Source: Flectonema sp. DT1601 | Lineage: Eukaryota | Direction: 5' to 3' | DNA length: 64,000 nucleotides | NCBI GenBank assembly: GCA_964019425.1 | Contig: OZ025785.1 | Coordinates: 62,001-126,000, forward strand | Shown: in pieces, positions 1 to 13,835 of the stretch | Layout of the letters: every line of letters starts with the position of its first letter | Position numbering within the stretch: position 1 is the first letter of the stretch | Notes under the pieces: model-generated | What the model was told of the DNA's origin: nothing | What the model saw: the letters and a program-made list of their open reading frames with translations, nothing else | The model's database searches: none | Translations under genes and position numbers: made by a program

Positions 1-1009
1 CTCTAGAGCCGTAAAACCCGATATTAGTTTCACTATTTTGATATTGCAGTAGTAGGTTACCTCTTCGAACATGACCATTTCTTGCCGTGTGATAACTTTC
101 TTGGATGTAGTCGACGGCTGCTTCGAGAGCTTCTTTCTCAAAGTCTGAAATAATATTTTGAAGAGTTCTCTCTCTTTCACTCATACTCGATGGTTGAAGT
201 GATAACTGCTCCCAAGACTTCTGAAACAACTCATTATGATCGATGGAATTCTTTAAAATCCCTTCCTTACCAGCACTCACATTCCAACGAGCAGGTTTAC
301 TAAAAGTTACGAAGTCAACGGGACGCTTTCCTAAAGGACTCTTAGCACCACTCATATCCAAATGATGGTCTCGTAGATCATGAAGCACATGTCTGTAGTG
401 AGAGAATAGGGGATGGTTTTCTGAGGCGTCGAACTCCCTTTCAGTTCGTTCTGATATTTTCCTGTACATAAACTCATCCCTGCGAGTCTTTATCCTCTCC
501 CATCCAAGTGGAGGAGGAAGGCTTGCAAACTGTTTTATTATATACGACAGGTGTACTTCATTCCTGGGATCCATCCCTAGTTTTATCGCTAATTCTATTT
601 GTGCAGTACTGAGAGGTGTGCAAGATGACGCTAGTGGGACAGAGACGTCATCGATCATCGGCTCTGATATTTGTATACTGTAATCAAGATTAGTAGTTCC
701 ACAAAACCTTGGATTCGGTCCCTGCTGATCGATCCCAATGACCTCACTCAGCGACAGGGATATCATCTTCACATCGCTGTCGTTTAATTTGAACTTATCT
801 CTTCCTCCTCTTGCAGACCCAGGTACAGTCAATGCATTTAAATTATGAGCACTCCGTCTTGTTGATTCCAGTGATGGGTCAACATGATTAGCACCTCCCT
901 TTGATCTCCTGGTGTCATTTAAACCACCTGCTTGTGACTGAGACTTAGCGGGCTTCGAGACCGCTTTGTTACCAGCTTGTTGGCTGGGCTTGGCATTTGT
1001 GCATCCCAT
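1..1009 (-). CDS. Partial CDS (runs off window start): N-acylation-type MGC start and a CEP164-like WW region
   Basis: Not in the ORF track because it has no stop in the window. ATG at 1009 gives MGCTNAKPSQ and I found no stop down to base 2. It contains IELAIKLGMDPRNEVHLSYIIKQFASLPPPLGWERIKTRRDEFMY...ENHPLFSHYR, which resembles the helix+WW N-terminal module of CEP164-type proteins. An AG lies just upstream of the ATG. Confidence 0.7.
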   Translation of the reverse strand, partial: MGCTNAKPSQQAGNKAVSKPAKSQSQAGGLNDTRRSKGGANHVDPSLESTRRSAHNLNALTVPGSARGGRDKFKLNDSDVKMISLSLSEVIGIDQQGPNPRFCGTTNLDYSIQISEPMIDDVSVPLASSCTPLSTAQIELAIKLGMDPRNEVHLSYIIKQFASLPPPLGWERIKTRRDEFMYRKISERTEREFDASENHPLFSHYRHVLHDLRDHHLDMSGAKSPLGKRPVDFVTFSKPARWNVSAGKEGILKNSIDHNELFQKSWEQLSLQPSSMSERERTLQNIISDFEKEALEAAVDYIQESYHTARNGHVRRGNLLLQYQNSETNIGFYGSR

Positions 1010-2195
1010 TAAAGGGCCTGCCCTGAGATGAGATGGAATACATGAAAAGTGATAACATTATGAAGAATATATTAAAAAGGGGGAAGATAGCAGCAGCATA
1101 TTGACATCACATGACATGAAGGAATAGATTAATCAATAATAAGTAAACAAAAACTGAAAAAGGTCTCATCAAAAAAAAAAAAAAGAAAAAAAAACAACAA
1201 CAACAGCCACAACACGAAATTCAGAAACTAAGTAACGGACATGGATGGGGATTGACTGGTGAGGAGCTTTCCTTTTTTTTTTTTTTTTTTTAGTTAATTT
1301 TTTTTTTTTCCGAAAGTCAAACCACATCTAAACACACTACCATTCCTGCAGAAGAGGCGTGTGTCCCCTTCCTCCCTTCCCCCACCTGATAACCAAAATC
1401 AGGTTGCAGAACTTATTAATCGCACAAAAAAAAAAAAAAAAAGTTTTCTTTTTTTTTTATTAAAATAAAAAAAGAGGTGAGGATTACTGCAGGCAAATTA
1501 TTCATCTTTTTAAACGGCATGAATACTGACACTCTCCCCTTCCCCCCCTCTCCTTTTCCCCTTTTTTTCTTCTTTTTATTCTTGCCACTGGATCTTATTT
1601 GTGGCTGCGATATAACCACTAGTGTTACATATTAAAAAAGGGAACGAGAGGAAAAAAAAAAAGAAGAAAAAGAAATGAAAAAAAAAAAGAATTTAATTTT
1701 AAACAAGGAATTCCTATAGACTGCTTCTGTTTACCCTTTTAAAACAAGAAAAAAAAGGCACATGACTTGAGAGGTGTCTCTCATCTAAATACGATTATCA
1801 TGAAGGCCGTCAAAATGATTTCCCTTTTTTTTTTTTTTTTTTCCCCATCATTCCCCCTCTCTTTTTTAAGAGAAAAAACGATCGACCTGGAGAGGGGGGA
1901 TAAATCGATGGGCTCTCCCCCCTCTCCAATCTCAACCCGATAATAGCTTCACTGTTAATGATTAGTAAGTTGGATTTGGGAAAAAAAAGAAGCCAAACTT
2001 TCTACCTACTGAGAGGGCATTAAATAACAATAAACAATATTAAAAAAGGGAAGGGGAAAACAGGATTATTTGTGTTATAGAGGTCCCAGAGAGGGCGATC
2101 GGTTTACGTTACACGGCCCCTTACAAGGAGACGACTCGGAAATTAAAAAAAAAAAAAAAAAAAAAAAACTAAAATATCACTCAAAAAGAAAAGTT

Positions 2196-3206
2196 CTACT
2201 TGTAACCAAGTAATTTTTTCTTTCGAGTGATCCCTTTCTCAGCTGGGGATCCCTCGGCTGTTGGAGATTTTTTTTTATTCGGAGATGTTCCTCGACGGGT
2301 AGAAACAGTTGAATTGTCTATCGCTGTCAAAATATTTGGAAGTCTAGTTGCCTGTTTACGAACTTTTTGATGCTGTTTTTGCCATTTAGACGACGAGGCT
2401 GGAGCTGAAGAGAAAACTGCTCCTTTCCTCGGCTGATATCTCTGAGGAGGTGGAGGTGAAGAGTTAGGTATTGAAGCAGCAACGGAATAACCGATACCGT
2501 CAGTTGATGGACTTTTTGAACCGAATTTTATACCTTTGTTGGAGTCTCGTTGTTTCCTTCGAATACACTCCTCAGGAACATTAAAAGAAAGTTCACCAGA
2601 AGTGAAAACAATATCATAATGACTACCTTGAAGGGTTCTTCTTTGAATGGTACCCGGGAACCAATCTTTTGTATCATCATAATAAACCTCTACTTCATCA
2701 CTTTGTCTGTAAGACTTCACACTCTCACTGCTCTTAGAACGAACAAACTGTGCCTTGCAAGCAGAGAAGTAATTCCTCGTTGGTGCGAATACCTGTTTCG
2801 ATTGATTACTACTACTCGACCTCGACCGTCTAGAAACAGAACTACTTTGAGGATGTGCAGCAACACCAGAAGTCTCAAGTGGGTGAGTAACGGGACTCCA
2901 TTTGGAAGAACCCTTCTGAGATTTTGATTTCTGTTTTTTTTTTTTTTTTTTCAAATTCTCAAACATAGAAAGTAAACACCAGATGACTATTTTCAACTAC
3001 ACACCTGTTCATCAGTAGATGATTTCCCCCACTGTCGGACTGGTGAGGAACTCTTCTGTCTGACAGGAGATACGCTGCGAGCCTTCGGTGCGATATTTTG
3101 ACTCAAAGATTTGGGAGATTTGACTCTGCCGTGGTTGGTAGGAGAGAGTGATCGGCGGTGCTTTCGTCGACTCTGTTTTTGTTGTTAATTAGAATTTAAG
3201 AACAAC

Positions 3207-3238
<32 letters not shown>

Positions 3239-4597
3239 AATAAAAACACTCAACACAACACATACCTCAGCAGTCATTCCGAGTCGTTGACGACGTTCGT
3301 GCGCTGATTCCCTTGTGTTGGCTGATGTTGGGGACGTAGAAATGCTGACGGGTTGAGGAAGAGTACCAACCCTTCTATTCAGAAGATTATTTCTGTGATG
3401 ATGATGATTGATATGATCGTCTATGAATAGATCTGATTTCCTACGAGAATGAGGAGCAGTAATAAGTGAAGCAGCAGGTAACCTCCATAATTGTTTATCA
3501 GAGAACTCGACCATTAACGTACTTCGATCACCCTGATTAAGATTAGCTCCATCCACGACACCATACTGACCAGCACACTCGAGGTATCCTCTGGTGGGTT
3601 CGATATTTAACTCTTCTGCGAGTGATTTTAATTCCAATGAAGTTGCCTCAACTAATACTTTCTTACCAGGCTTAATATGACGGACTGAACTAAGACGTTG
3701 TCTTGTTCCATTTTGATTAGATTCTTGATCAGCTATCTGAGCTGCAGAAACATCTTCGAAGTCGTCATTAAGTGAAGCTGAAGCATCGTAAGGAGCTGTT
3801 ATACTAATTGGTCTGATGTCACCTTCTGGAACACAAGAACTGATACCGTCAACCTCCACACAAAATGATCCTTCATCAGTCTTACTTAGAAGTACAGCAT
3901 TCCTCCATTCTCCTGAGTCTGGATGCCAAACTTGAACCTCTGCTCCCGCCTCTTCCGCTTCTCTGTGTCGTAGCTGAGTTGCTATTTCAGGAACCATGTC
4001 CGGCAGCAGAACAGATTCTAACTGTCTTGCGCTGGTAGTGTGTTTAAATAGTAATTGTTTCCCATCAGTGAGATCAACCCTGTAACTATGTTCTGGATAC
4101 TCTGGGTGACGAAGATGTTCCTCAAGTATTACAAGAGGAGCTCTGATGTCACCCTCCGCCCAGTATATTAATCCATTATGAGGAAATATTGAATAAGCGT
4201 GAGTCACTCTTGATATAGAAGAGCAGTAAGTCCAGATTCCAGGAAGTGAATTCGTGCTTCTCGCAGCTGTTTCTCTTGCTGAGGTTGAAGACACTTCTTT
4301 GTAATGTGTTTCTAATACGAGTAAAGGTTCAACACCACACGCTCTCATTAAAAGGCTTCCAGTCGGCAATGATATTTCCCAATTGGGAAAGAATCCATCT
4401 TCGCAGCTGAGATCGTCACTACCTTGTTGAGGGTCTTTAATGAGTCCAGAAACCTCTCCTTCTTTCCATTTAAATGATCCTCCGTTAGTCTTTTCTATCA
4501 GATATGAATGAACCAACTTCGTAGAACTACTAATATAACTCCACTCACCGCAAAGCTCGTCGAGTGTTGGAACAGCGTCTCCATTCAGAGCAGACAT
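2196..4597 (-). CDS. 3-exon protein with Tudor/Agenet-like and Mind-bomb SH3-like modules and a Ser/Arg-rich linker
   Basis: Exons 4597-3266, 3172-3005 and 2930-2196 are joined by phase-0 GT-AG introns (GAG|GTATGT...AACAG, CAG|GTGTGT...AACAG). Tudor-like segments are EVQVWHPDSGEWRNAVL and EVEVYYDDTKDWFPGTI...YDIVFTSGE. The SH3-like segment is CAGQYGVV...VEFSDKQLWRLP. Confidence 0.7.
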
Positions 4598-7500
4598 TAC
4601 CTTGTGTTTGAGAGAATGATTTTTAATAAAATAAATTGTTTTTTTTTTTAAACAAATCGTTATATCGATGGTATGAAAAAAAAAGTCATCTGATGGATCA
4701 TTTTTTTTTTTTTTTTGTATTAATTTCCCTCATGAATTACAATAAAAAAAAATTGTGTACTTTTTTTTTTTTTTTTTTTTTTTTTTCCCCAACATTGAAC
4801 AACAACAATAACAACAAAAAAAAAAAAAAAAAAAAACAGCAAAAAAAGTAAATTTCCTTAACCGAAAGAAAAATCCTTCTCTCTGAAGTCAACACGAACC
4901 AGATACGAATAAGACGAAAGAACAATAAATCAAAAAAAAAAAAGAAAAAAGAGGAAAAAAAAAGAATAATTAACGCCGACAGGCTATCTGCTCCGCGTCA
5001 TGCTTGGTTGGTGTGATGTTTTTTTTTTTTTTTTTTTTTTTTGCGAAAGAAGAAAACCTGTACCCACTTTAGGTCACGATAAGTCTACCGTCTTGTTCCC
5101 CGTACACGACAATAACTTAATAGGATTGTGCCATATGATGCACTATATATTTATATTTATTTTTGTTTTTGCGGGTTTTGTTTTTCAGTGGATTGATTAA
5201 TAGATCTTTTTGTTATATTCCTTTTTTTTTTTTTTTTTTTAAAGTTCCTTGTCATTGATAGATGACTTTCTTAAGAGGGAAGGAGAAGGAAAAAAAAGAG
5301 GGGAAAGAGGGTGAAACTTTTTTTTTTTTTTTTTATCGTCAAAAAAAAAAAAAAATGACAACAAAAGTTTGATCTTTTTTTTGATTTTTTGACTACTAAA
5401 AAAACAACAACAACAAAAAACCGAGTTGGTCATGTAAACAAATCTTTCAACACACAAAACTATCGAAGGTTGCTCACCTACCCTTTATGTGTACCAGTCA
5501 GAACAAAAAATTGTTTAAAAAAAAAAGTTGCCCCTCCCCCTCCACCAGTTGCTGTTATGCTTTTGTCAATCAGGGAAATTATCCGAGACTGGCCACCCAG
5601 ACAGAATACATTGTCTCCAACTCTTTTGAAGGGGGGGCGGGAATTTGAGTATTTTTTTTTTTTTTTTTTTTAATTTTTATAAAAATCTGTTAAGGATACA
5701 GTGAACTGTGGTGATGCTTAAATTAGCCTCCCTTTGAAGTAACTATTTAGGTCTCGAGAGTAGTGCAGATCCTCTTTCTTTACTTCTGTTCTCATCATCA
5801 GTTGTAGTACAGTGAGTTGTCGTCTCCAACTTTTTCGAGGGAAAAAACAAAATAAAGTTGGGGAAATTTTTTTTGGTTGAAACGAGGGGGAAAAAAAACA
5901 AAAAAATAAAATAAATAAATAAATTCAATTATATTTCAGTCAGTAAACAACTGAAACTGAAGAAGGGAACAAAAAAAAAAACAAAAAAAAAAAAAACCTA
6001 GAAAAAAAGGCAGCTGGTGGACGAGAAAGCTCTCTCTCAACTAACTAACGGGACGCCCCACCGCCAATAATGGATAGCAAATCACCAACTTAACGTAAAA
6101 GCTGGGTAGTAAAAAATAAATAAAGAAAACAGACCTCAATAATAATTACCATTGTGTGGAGATCTGTTCCAACGGTACACCAAAAAACAGGTTGCGATGG
6201 ATTTTTTTTTTTTTTTTTTTTAAAAATTTGAAACAAGTGCATTCAGGTTATCATGAAAAAGATCATTTCTTTAATTTTTACTTTATTATTATTATTATTA
6301 TTATTATTTTCTTTTGTCGTATATATAACATTGACCTCGGTAGTTCTTACCTTTATTTTGTTAACTTAGAGAAGAATGCAAACTGAGATGAGGAGGTTCA
6401 GTTGTTGCTGAACTACCAAAACCATTCAGATAAGCAGCCTTTATATATTTTGTTGATCCGTCAGCTAGTTTTACTGGCGGCACAGGGAAATAGATAACAT
6501 GAACATAATAAATAAACAGCTTTCAATCTAAATAGTTTCCTCTCCCGACTTCGTCGGTGCAAAAAAAAAAAAAAAAAAAAGATCGATACTTACATGACTT
6601 CAATAATAAGAAAACGGATGATACAAAAGAAGAGAGAAAAAAAAAAAAAAAAAAAAAAAACACCATAAGACAATATAGTATAACAGAAACTTTAAAAAAA
6701 AAATAAAAAGAGGTCGCCTTACCAGTCACCCTTGAGTGACCAAGGGGAGATTTAAAAAAAAAAAAAAAAAAAAAAAAGAACTTTTAAAAAGATTTTTATG
6801 ACTTTGTGAAAGTAAATTTAGTATTGTCCCTTACCCCATTTTTTTCCAGCTGATTTTTTTTTTTTTTTTTTTGATATTCCCCCCCTTTTTCCTTCAAGTT
6901 AGTTAAGCCACGTGATATGAAAACACCACTTGGTGGCCGACTAAATAAAAGTAGTAATTTAATTTTCTCACAAGTATGATAAACTGAAAAGTGGAGTGCT
7001 GGAAAAAAAAAAAAAAAACTAATTTAATTTGGAAATCTCGTTATGAGGATCGACAAATGTAAAAGAGGTTGAAATCAACGACAGCATCACAGCCATGTGA
7101 TTCCAATAGCGTCAGAGAGAGGGTTGGTTTTCGTTAGTCGCAATTCTGCTATCAAATTTAGTTGGTCGAAGAAGGGAAATAAAAGAACGAAGAAAAAAAA
7201 AAAGAAAACTGTCTCTGTTCAACCAAAGTGGCAACACCCCTGGTCTCAGAAACAATTAATAATTACACCATACTGTATTTTTTTTTTTTTTTTTTTTTTT
7301 TTGTGGTTACCGAAAACCGTCATTATGCGCCAGGAACGACACGATACAAACAAGAGAAAACATGCCTAGTTGTGTGAAGATCCAAAATACGAATTCAAAT
7401 TTAATTTCCCACTCCAGTTGTGGTGAACAGTTATTCCTCTTTATAACTACATTGTATTGTTGGAAAAAACATAATACTTTTTTTTTTTTTTTTTTTTCGT

Positions 7501-8266
7501 TTTTTTGTATAATTAAGCTTGTTTTCGTTCTTTTTTTGTTTTTGCTGATTTTTTTTTTTTCTTTCCCAATCACCTATCAAAGATGCGATACGAAAAATGA
7601 AACTACATTATTGCTAAGGGAAATAAAAAAATTCCTAAGATTTTTTTGCAAGAAACCCAATTTTTTTTTTTTTTTTTTTTGCACTGGAACAGTACTGTAA
7701 GCTACAATAACGCTGACACCCTCAGTCAGTCTCGTGACACAAATAATACATAAACAATTGAACCTAATATATATTTTTGTTTTTCCCTCCCTCCCTCCCC
7801 TTCCCCCCTTACAGTCTGCTGTAGAGCAATAAACCAGATGTAGCAAAAAAAAAAAAAAAAAAAAAGGTGGAAAAATATTATTTCAATTTTTTTTTTTTTT
7901 TTTTTGTTAAAAAAAAAACAAATAAATAATATTATAATGTTATTTCACAAAATAACATAAAAACAACTAAATAATAAAAAATAAAAAAAATAAAAAAAAA
8001 AACGATGAAATAATTTGACATTTGTCAAGGATAGTAAAAAAACAACATGACGCCTCAGTTCCATCATCCACTGTTTGATAAACAATTCTAGAGAGCAGCG
8101 CGACACTTTATTTCGGTTTATTATTTGTATGCAGAGTAGATAGCAGAGTAGATAAAAAAAAAAGGAGCAGAAAGAAAAAAAGAAAAACTACCACTGCTGT
8201 GACTAGTGCAACATAAGTTAATGTCCAACAGTATTGTTGTCTGATTTCTATTGAAATCTGAATAAT

Positions 8267-8298
<32 letters not shown>

Positions 8299-8765
8299 AA
8301 ATAAATAAATGATCACCTGTGAAAGTAAATAACGCGTTAGCCCGCACTGTTGATTTTTTTTTTTAATTATTTTTTTTTTTTTTTTCCTCCCCCCTTTCTT
8401 CTATCAACAGAGCTCGTACACTTATATAAAAGGTAGTTAGCAGTTTTTTTCTCTAGATGTGAGGAACACCCCTCCTAATGGATTGTCAGATTTCTTCTTC
8501 TTCGTAAGTCACTACTTCGTATTGAGTAAGCAGATGAAAATAATTGGGAGCAATTATTAGAATGGGGAAAAAAAATGAGAAGAAAAAAAAAAACTGCGAC
8601 CTTCCAACAGTCTGCACCCTCTCAGATGTCTTCCTCTTTATCAGATTCAAAGAAACCAAGTTCGGGTGTTCTATCAGAGGGAGTCTTTTTTTTTATTTTT
8701 CAATTGGTGTCCAGTTCGATTCCGTTGATTGGTTTTTTTTTTTTTTTCTTCCCCAAAAAAAAATC

Positions 8766-10723
8766 TCAAAGATCATCTAAGATTGCTCGTTTGTCAGGAC
8801 TGCTGCCTGAGTCCAAAGGATCTAACAGAAGGTTGGAGGATTTCGGGTGAGATCCTCCTGAGAGAGACTTCACACTAATGACAGGAGACAGAGACTGCGA
8901 GGAATCATAAATATGTGGTCCTTTATGCATTATCCGAGGGGAGGATAATGGAGAGCTGTACACGTCGTCTCGACCTTCACTTCCCGGAAAACGACTTCCT
9001 CTGTGAGGCAGTGGTAGCATCATTGGACTTGCTGGGAGGCTACCAAAATCTGAACGACTTCCTCCAGGTACGTACTGGTCAAGTAGTAGTGGTTTACTGC
9101 TAGGATTGGTCTCTCTTACTGCTGATCCCTGTCGGACCATATCCACGAGTCTGGGTTGCGCCTGTTTGTTGGTATTTATTTAATTGTATCTCTCACCCAC
9201 TCTTGAGATCCTCAGAAAAAGAAAAAAATAAATACACACCTCCTTCACCCAAAATGATATTGCTAGTTCCATGACGACTACGAAAACTGTGCATCCGACA
9301 ACTATCAGATAGAACTTTGGTTCTGTTTATTTATTTTTTTTTTTTTTTTTTGTTTTTTTAAAAAAACTCTCCTCAACAATCTCAATGTAAAATAATAAAA
9401 CAAAACCCATACTGGAGTAAACCATCAAAGCGATCCCGTGATACTCTGAGTGCCCAAAGAACATTGTAAAGTTACTGTACACCAGAATGAATGCTGTGTT
9501 TTTGTTGATTTTGATTTTTTTTTGATGTTTTAAAAAAAAACAAAAAAAAAATTTTAAATTAAAAACAAACCATGATATCCAGCAAAAGACAAGACAATTG
9601 ACAATAAATGTACCCAAGTCCAAGACATGAATGTCAAAGATGCTTTTGCTAAAACAACACTAATGACCGTCGACATTACATAAGTACCATGAGTGAAGAT
9701 ACCACTAGTACGAGCACCAGCCGTATCATCTCTTTGCATTGACGGTAAGATGAGTCCGAATATAACAGCTGTATGAATAACTGTCCAACATAACCAACGA
9801 AGAATGGAAAGTCTTGATAAACGACCTCCTGCGGGAGATCTGAGATCATAATACAACGAAGGATATTGAAGAACTTCACTTGGTCTGACGTCGTATTCAA
9901 ACAACCCCATAGTCAATGGAGGCAGTAAAGTAAACAACATATTATAACAAATAATAACCCAAGAATCAAACAGTGTCTGACCAGTGTAACCTGAAGTCGT
10001 TGAGTAGATGATCTGACAACAAGAGTAGATTAAATTTTTATAAAAAGAATATTGAATTAAATAACTATTCTTAAGTAACGCAAATCTTCCATGAATTGCG
10101 AGAAGAGGACGGAGATGGCGGAACTGAGGGATGGCGAAATCGGAACTTCGTTCAGCCTGAGAACCCTCGAGACCCATAATACCAATTCCAACCTTCGCTC
10201 TTTGAATCATCGATACGTCGTTAGCTCCATCTCCGATACTCATGACGGTCAGTTTAGCGTCTTGTAAAATACCAACAAAGTCTGACTTTTGCAAAGGAGT
10301 AACTCTGCAGCATATCGCTGTCTCTGCTTTGAGTGCCAGTTTCTTAAAGTTCTCAATCATATTATTATCACCCGATTCGTTAATCGCAGCGAATGTCTTC
10401 CCATCGATGATGATACAGTTACCTGTACCACTTCCTAACATTGTCCCCGACAGACCTTCTTGTGATGTTATCGTCGCATGTCCATTATTTATTTGGTCAG
10501 CCAGACTTCCCAAAGTCGAATTCTCAACGTCGATATTTATAATTTCAGTAGAATCTGAAGATATTAACTGACAAGTGTTCGCGATGTTGATCGCAGTCTC
10601 TCTCTTGTCTCCAGTTAGAATCCAAATGGTAACTCCAGCAGTTCGGAAGTAACTAATCGTTTCGGGTACTTCAGGCTGAAGCTTATCCTCGATTCCTATT
10701 TTAGGTTATTATTTGGAAGGTGG

Positions 10724-10761
<38 letters not shown>

Positions 10762-12786
10762 CATACCTGTAGCACCAACAAGTGTAAGAGAGTGCTCCAT
10801 GGCTAACGAAGCCTGTTCAACAAGTTCGTGGCGATTAGTGACTGAATTGGTCGCTGCTGTCCATTGTGGTAGCCAACTATTGTACTCATGATCAGTGATG
10901 TGTTTCCATGCCATGCAGAGAGTTCTAAGTCCATCACATGCAAAGACATCAGCTGCTTTTAGTACTTCGTGTCGAAATCTATTCTCATCAGCGTTTGAGA
11001 GATTTGCAAGTATTGCCTGATCTGATCCTTTTGTAAATAGTAGTCTTTGATGACCAAATCCAGGGTGTTCTATTATTACTGACATCATCTTTCTATCACT
11101 TGAGAATGGAAGTGTGTGAAGAACTTTAATAGTTGTTGGTGAAGGGTCTTTAGTAGTCGCAATCACTGCTTCTGTTTCAGTTCTCTGTTGGAGAACAACT
11201 CCTGCATCACGTGCTGCTCTGGTCAGAGCAACTTCATCAGTGCTGTCGCCAGCGTAGTCAAAATGATCATCAAGGCATGTGTTTAGAATATGAGAGACCA
11301 CGTCATTACCTCCTTCTCTTGAAGGGAGGACAGTGTTACAGAGAGCTAGTATTTGCATCAACATTGGTAACTTTGGATCGTTTTCCGCCACCATCGAATT
11401 CTTCAGACACCCCGGCTTGGTGAGTTCGTTATATATTTTAGTTCCGCAAAAACAGGTTGCGAAAACCATTTTGTTCTCAGTCAATGTACCAGTCTTATCG
11501 GTACATATAACCTGAACCTGACTAAGCTCTTCATTTAAAGATGCTGTCTTAGCTTTCATCGCAAGATCTCTTTCACTGTCATACATGAGGAGGTCCCACT
11601 CCATGAACTGTGCTTGCAAAGCTTTACAAAACTCAATTGATAAAAACAAACTAATTGGCATCATGAGCGATAGCAGTACGAAATATGTGAAATAATGTCT
11701 TATGAAATACTCAAATGCTCCGTATTCGAAGTTTAAATATTCCAAATAAAATGCGTGAGCGTTACTACTACCGCGAGCAAAGTAAACACTTCCTCCACAC
11801 AGTATTGAGATACAGACCTGCTGTGCCAGTAAGATGTATACAATTAAACGAGATAGTTTCGCGTCTATTCTTGATTTCTTGTGAACTGGTGGTGTTAAGT
11901 TAAGAAACATCTTGGTACTAACTCCTGTGTAGATCGCCATACAAATAGCAGACGGTGTTTGCCGTAGAACACAACCCCTTAGTAATAAATTATTAATATG
12001 ACATGGTTGTGGGTTTGATACTCCTGGCCAGTTCAATACCCCCTCCCAAGAGTCTAACTTCTGACTTGGGGCATTGCATGAGACTGAGAATGCTAAGCCT
12101 TGAAGAGTACTTGGGTCGTCGAATGTGCTGGTTCCAGAGACTGGATTTTTTTTTTTAAGATTTCCTTCTCCATCGAGGTTTGCTGTTTCGACGAAGGCTG
12201 AGTTATCATCTCTCTTCGTTGAAATTATTAAAACATCAGCTGGGATGGTTTCATTGTCTGATATCTCAATTAGATCGCCAGCCTTCACATCTTGACTTTT
12301 AACTGAACACCATTGATTCTTTGGATTGTTTTTAGATCTCAAAACTCTCACAAGTTTCGAATTTGCTTTTCGATCATCATTGTGTCGTTTCCAATCTTCA
12401 TGCGCATCTCGCAAACTTGCGACACCAACAACAGCAACAAACGGAATAATCGTCGTAATCGGAAACACTGGAGACACACCAGGGATTAGAGAGAAGGCCA
12501 TATTCATGAAGAAATACATGTTAGCAACTTTAGTCATTTGGAGATATAGGTTCAAAGGAAGGAAGTTATACCATTCATATTTACTAGTTTTTATATAGTT
12601 GTTTGGGAGGTTTTTATTTGAGTTCTCTTCGTAGAATGATGATGCCGCTGTTGTTGTTCCTCTTATCAAAAGAGTGTTCTCGTCGTTATTATCATTTTCG
12701 AGCTCGAATTTGAAATTTCTACCGCTGGTTAGACTCCCAGTCACATCCGACTGACACAACTCTACTTCTTCTTCGTTCTTTCCCAT
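8766..12786 (-). CDS. P4-type ATPase (phospholipid flippase), 5 exons, about 1234 aa
   Basis: Exons 12786-10767, 10695-9571, 9493-9413, 9322-9240 and 9161-8766 splice in frame through GT-AG introns. Motifs: IPAD, ETANLDGE, PISL, DKTGTLT (phosphorylation site), GIEDKLQ, ILTGDK, CCRVTPLQK, IGDGANDVSMIQ and FYKN. Confidence 0.95.
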
Positions 12787-13541
12787 CCTCTTAATTTGCT
12801 TTTTTTACTCAATCAGAAAAAAAAAAAGGAAAAAAAGGAGCTCAGGTGACAGGCTTCAAAATACACACAAGCAGAAGCAGTCACTATCTCGACATATTAA
12901 TTAGGAAGAGTAGGGAAACTTGATACTGTTAAATAAAAATATAAAATGCAAAACTTTTTTTGATACCGAGGTAGGTTTTTTTTTTTTTTTTTTTTTTTAT
13001 ATTGTCGAAATAGAAACATCACATTTTTTTTTAATGATTTTTGCTTTACGTTAATTTAAAGAAACGTTTTTTTTTTTCATTATTATTTCTCAAAAAGATG
13101 GGAAAAAAAAAAACTAAACTTTCACGACATTCAAGTCGATATGTAAAGACGTTCCTTCACTAAAACGGAAAGAACTGTCTGCGGTACTTAGACGCGAATT
13201 AAGCTGCAGCAGCAAACAAACAAACAAACAAACAAAAAGGGAGGGTGAATGGGATAAATGACTTCGACTTTTAATCGAATAATTACTCAGGTTTGATCTA
13301 CAGGAAAATAGTCTCAGATTCTTTAGAATAATTCAGCAGCGGGGAAAAAATAAAAAAAAAAGAAAAGAAGAAAAAAAATCATAACACAATGCTGCCAATA
13401 ATTCTTTTTTTTTTTTTTTTTCCCCTTCCTTCTCTCAATAAATTGTTTTGAGGACGAAAAAAAAAAAAAAAAAAAAAATACAATAAATGAATTTTCTTGG
13501 GAAGAGGAAAAAAAAAAAAAGAAGAAGTTCGTGGGAATCAC

Positions 13542-13835
13542 ATCCACCACCATATAATTATAAAGTAGTTAGTTGTTACCAGACGACACGAAGGGATACC
13601 AAGCAATAGCGATTCATCATCTCTGGTTGATTGTGTGTTTACCTGCCATACATTCCCATCGGGTTTATTATTGAAAGCGGGTTTTACAAACGTGAGATAT
13701 CCACCACCATATAATATAAAGTAGTTAGTAGTCAGTTGTTATCTAACAAAGTCTAAGGTAACAAGACGACACCAAGGGATACCAAGCAATTTAATTGCAG
13801 CGCGCTGCTGCATCACTACTAGTTGATTATGTGTT
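13542..13835. repeat. Local degenerate duplication of about 100 bp in an intergenic region
   Basis: atccaccaccatataat...taaagtagttagt...agacgacac...aagggataccaagcaat...gttgatt occurs near 13542-13640 and again near 13699-13835. Confidence 0.75.

Noticed and set aside
1100..8760. Many 60-110-aa ORFs rich in F, K and N (also 13.3-17.4 kb and 21.0-21.6 kb)
   Set aside because: They are translations of poly(A)/poly(T) tracts in UTR and intergenic DNA, with no protein-like composition.
13542..13835. Pair of box C/D snoRNAs in the local duplication
   Set aside because: One copy has ATGATGA on the minus strand but no properly placed CTGA box D or terminal stem, and the second copy lacks the box C match.
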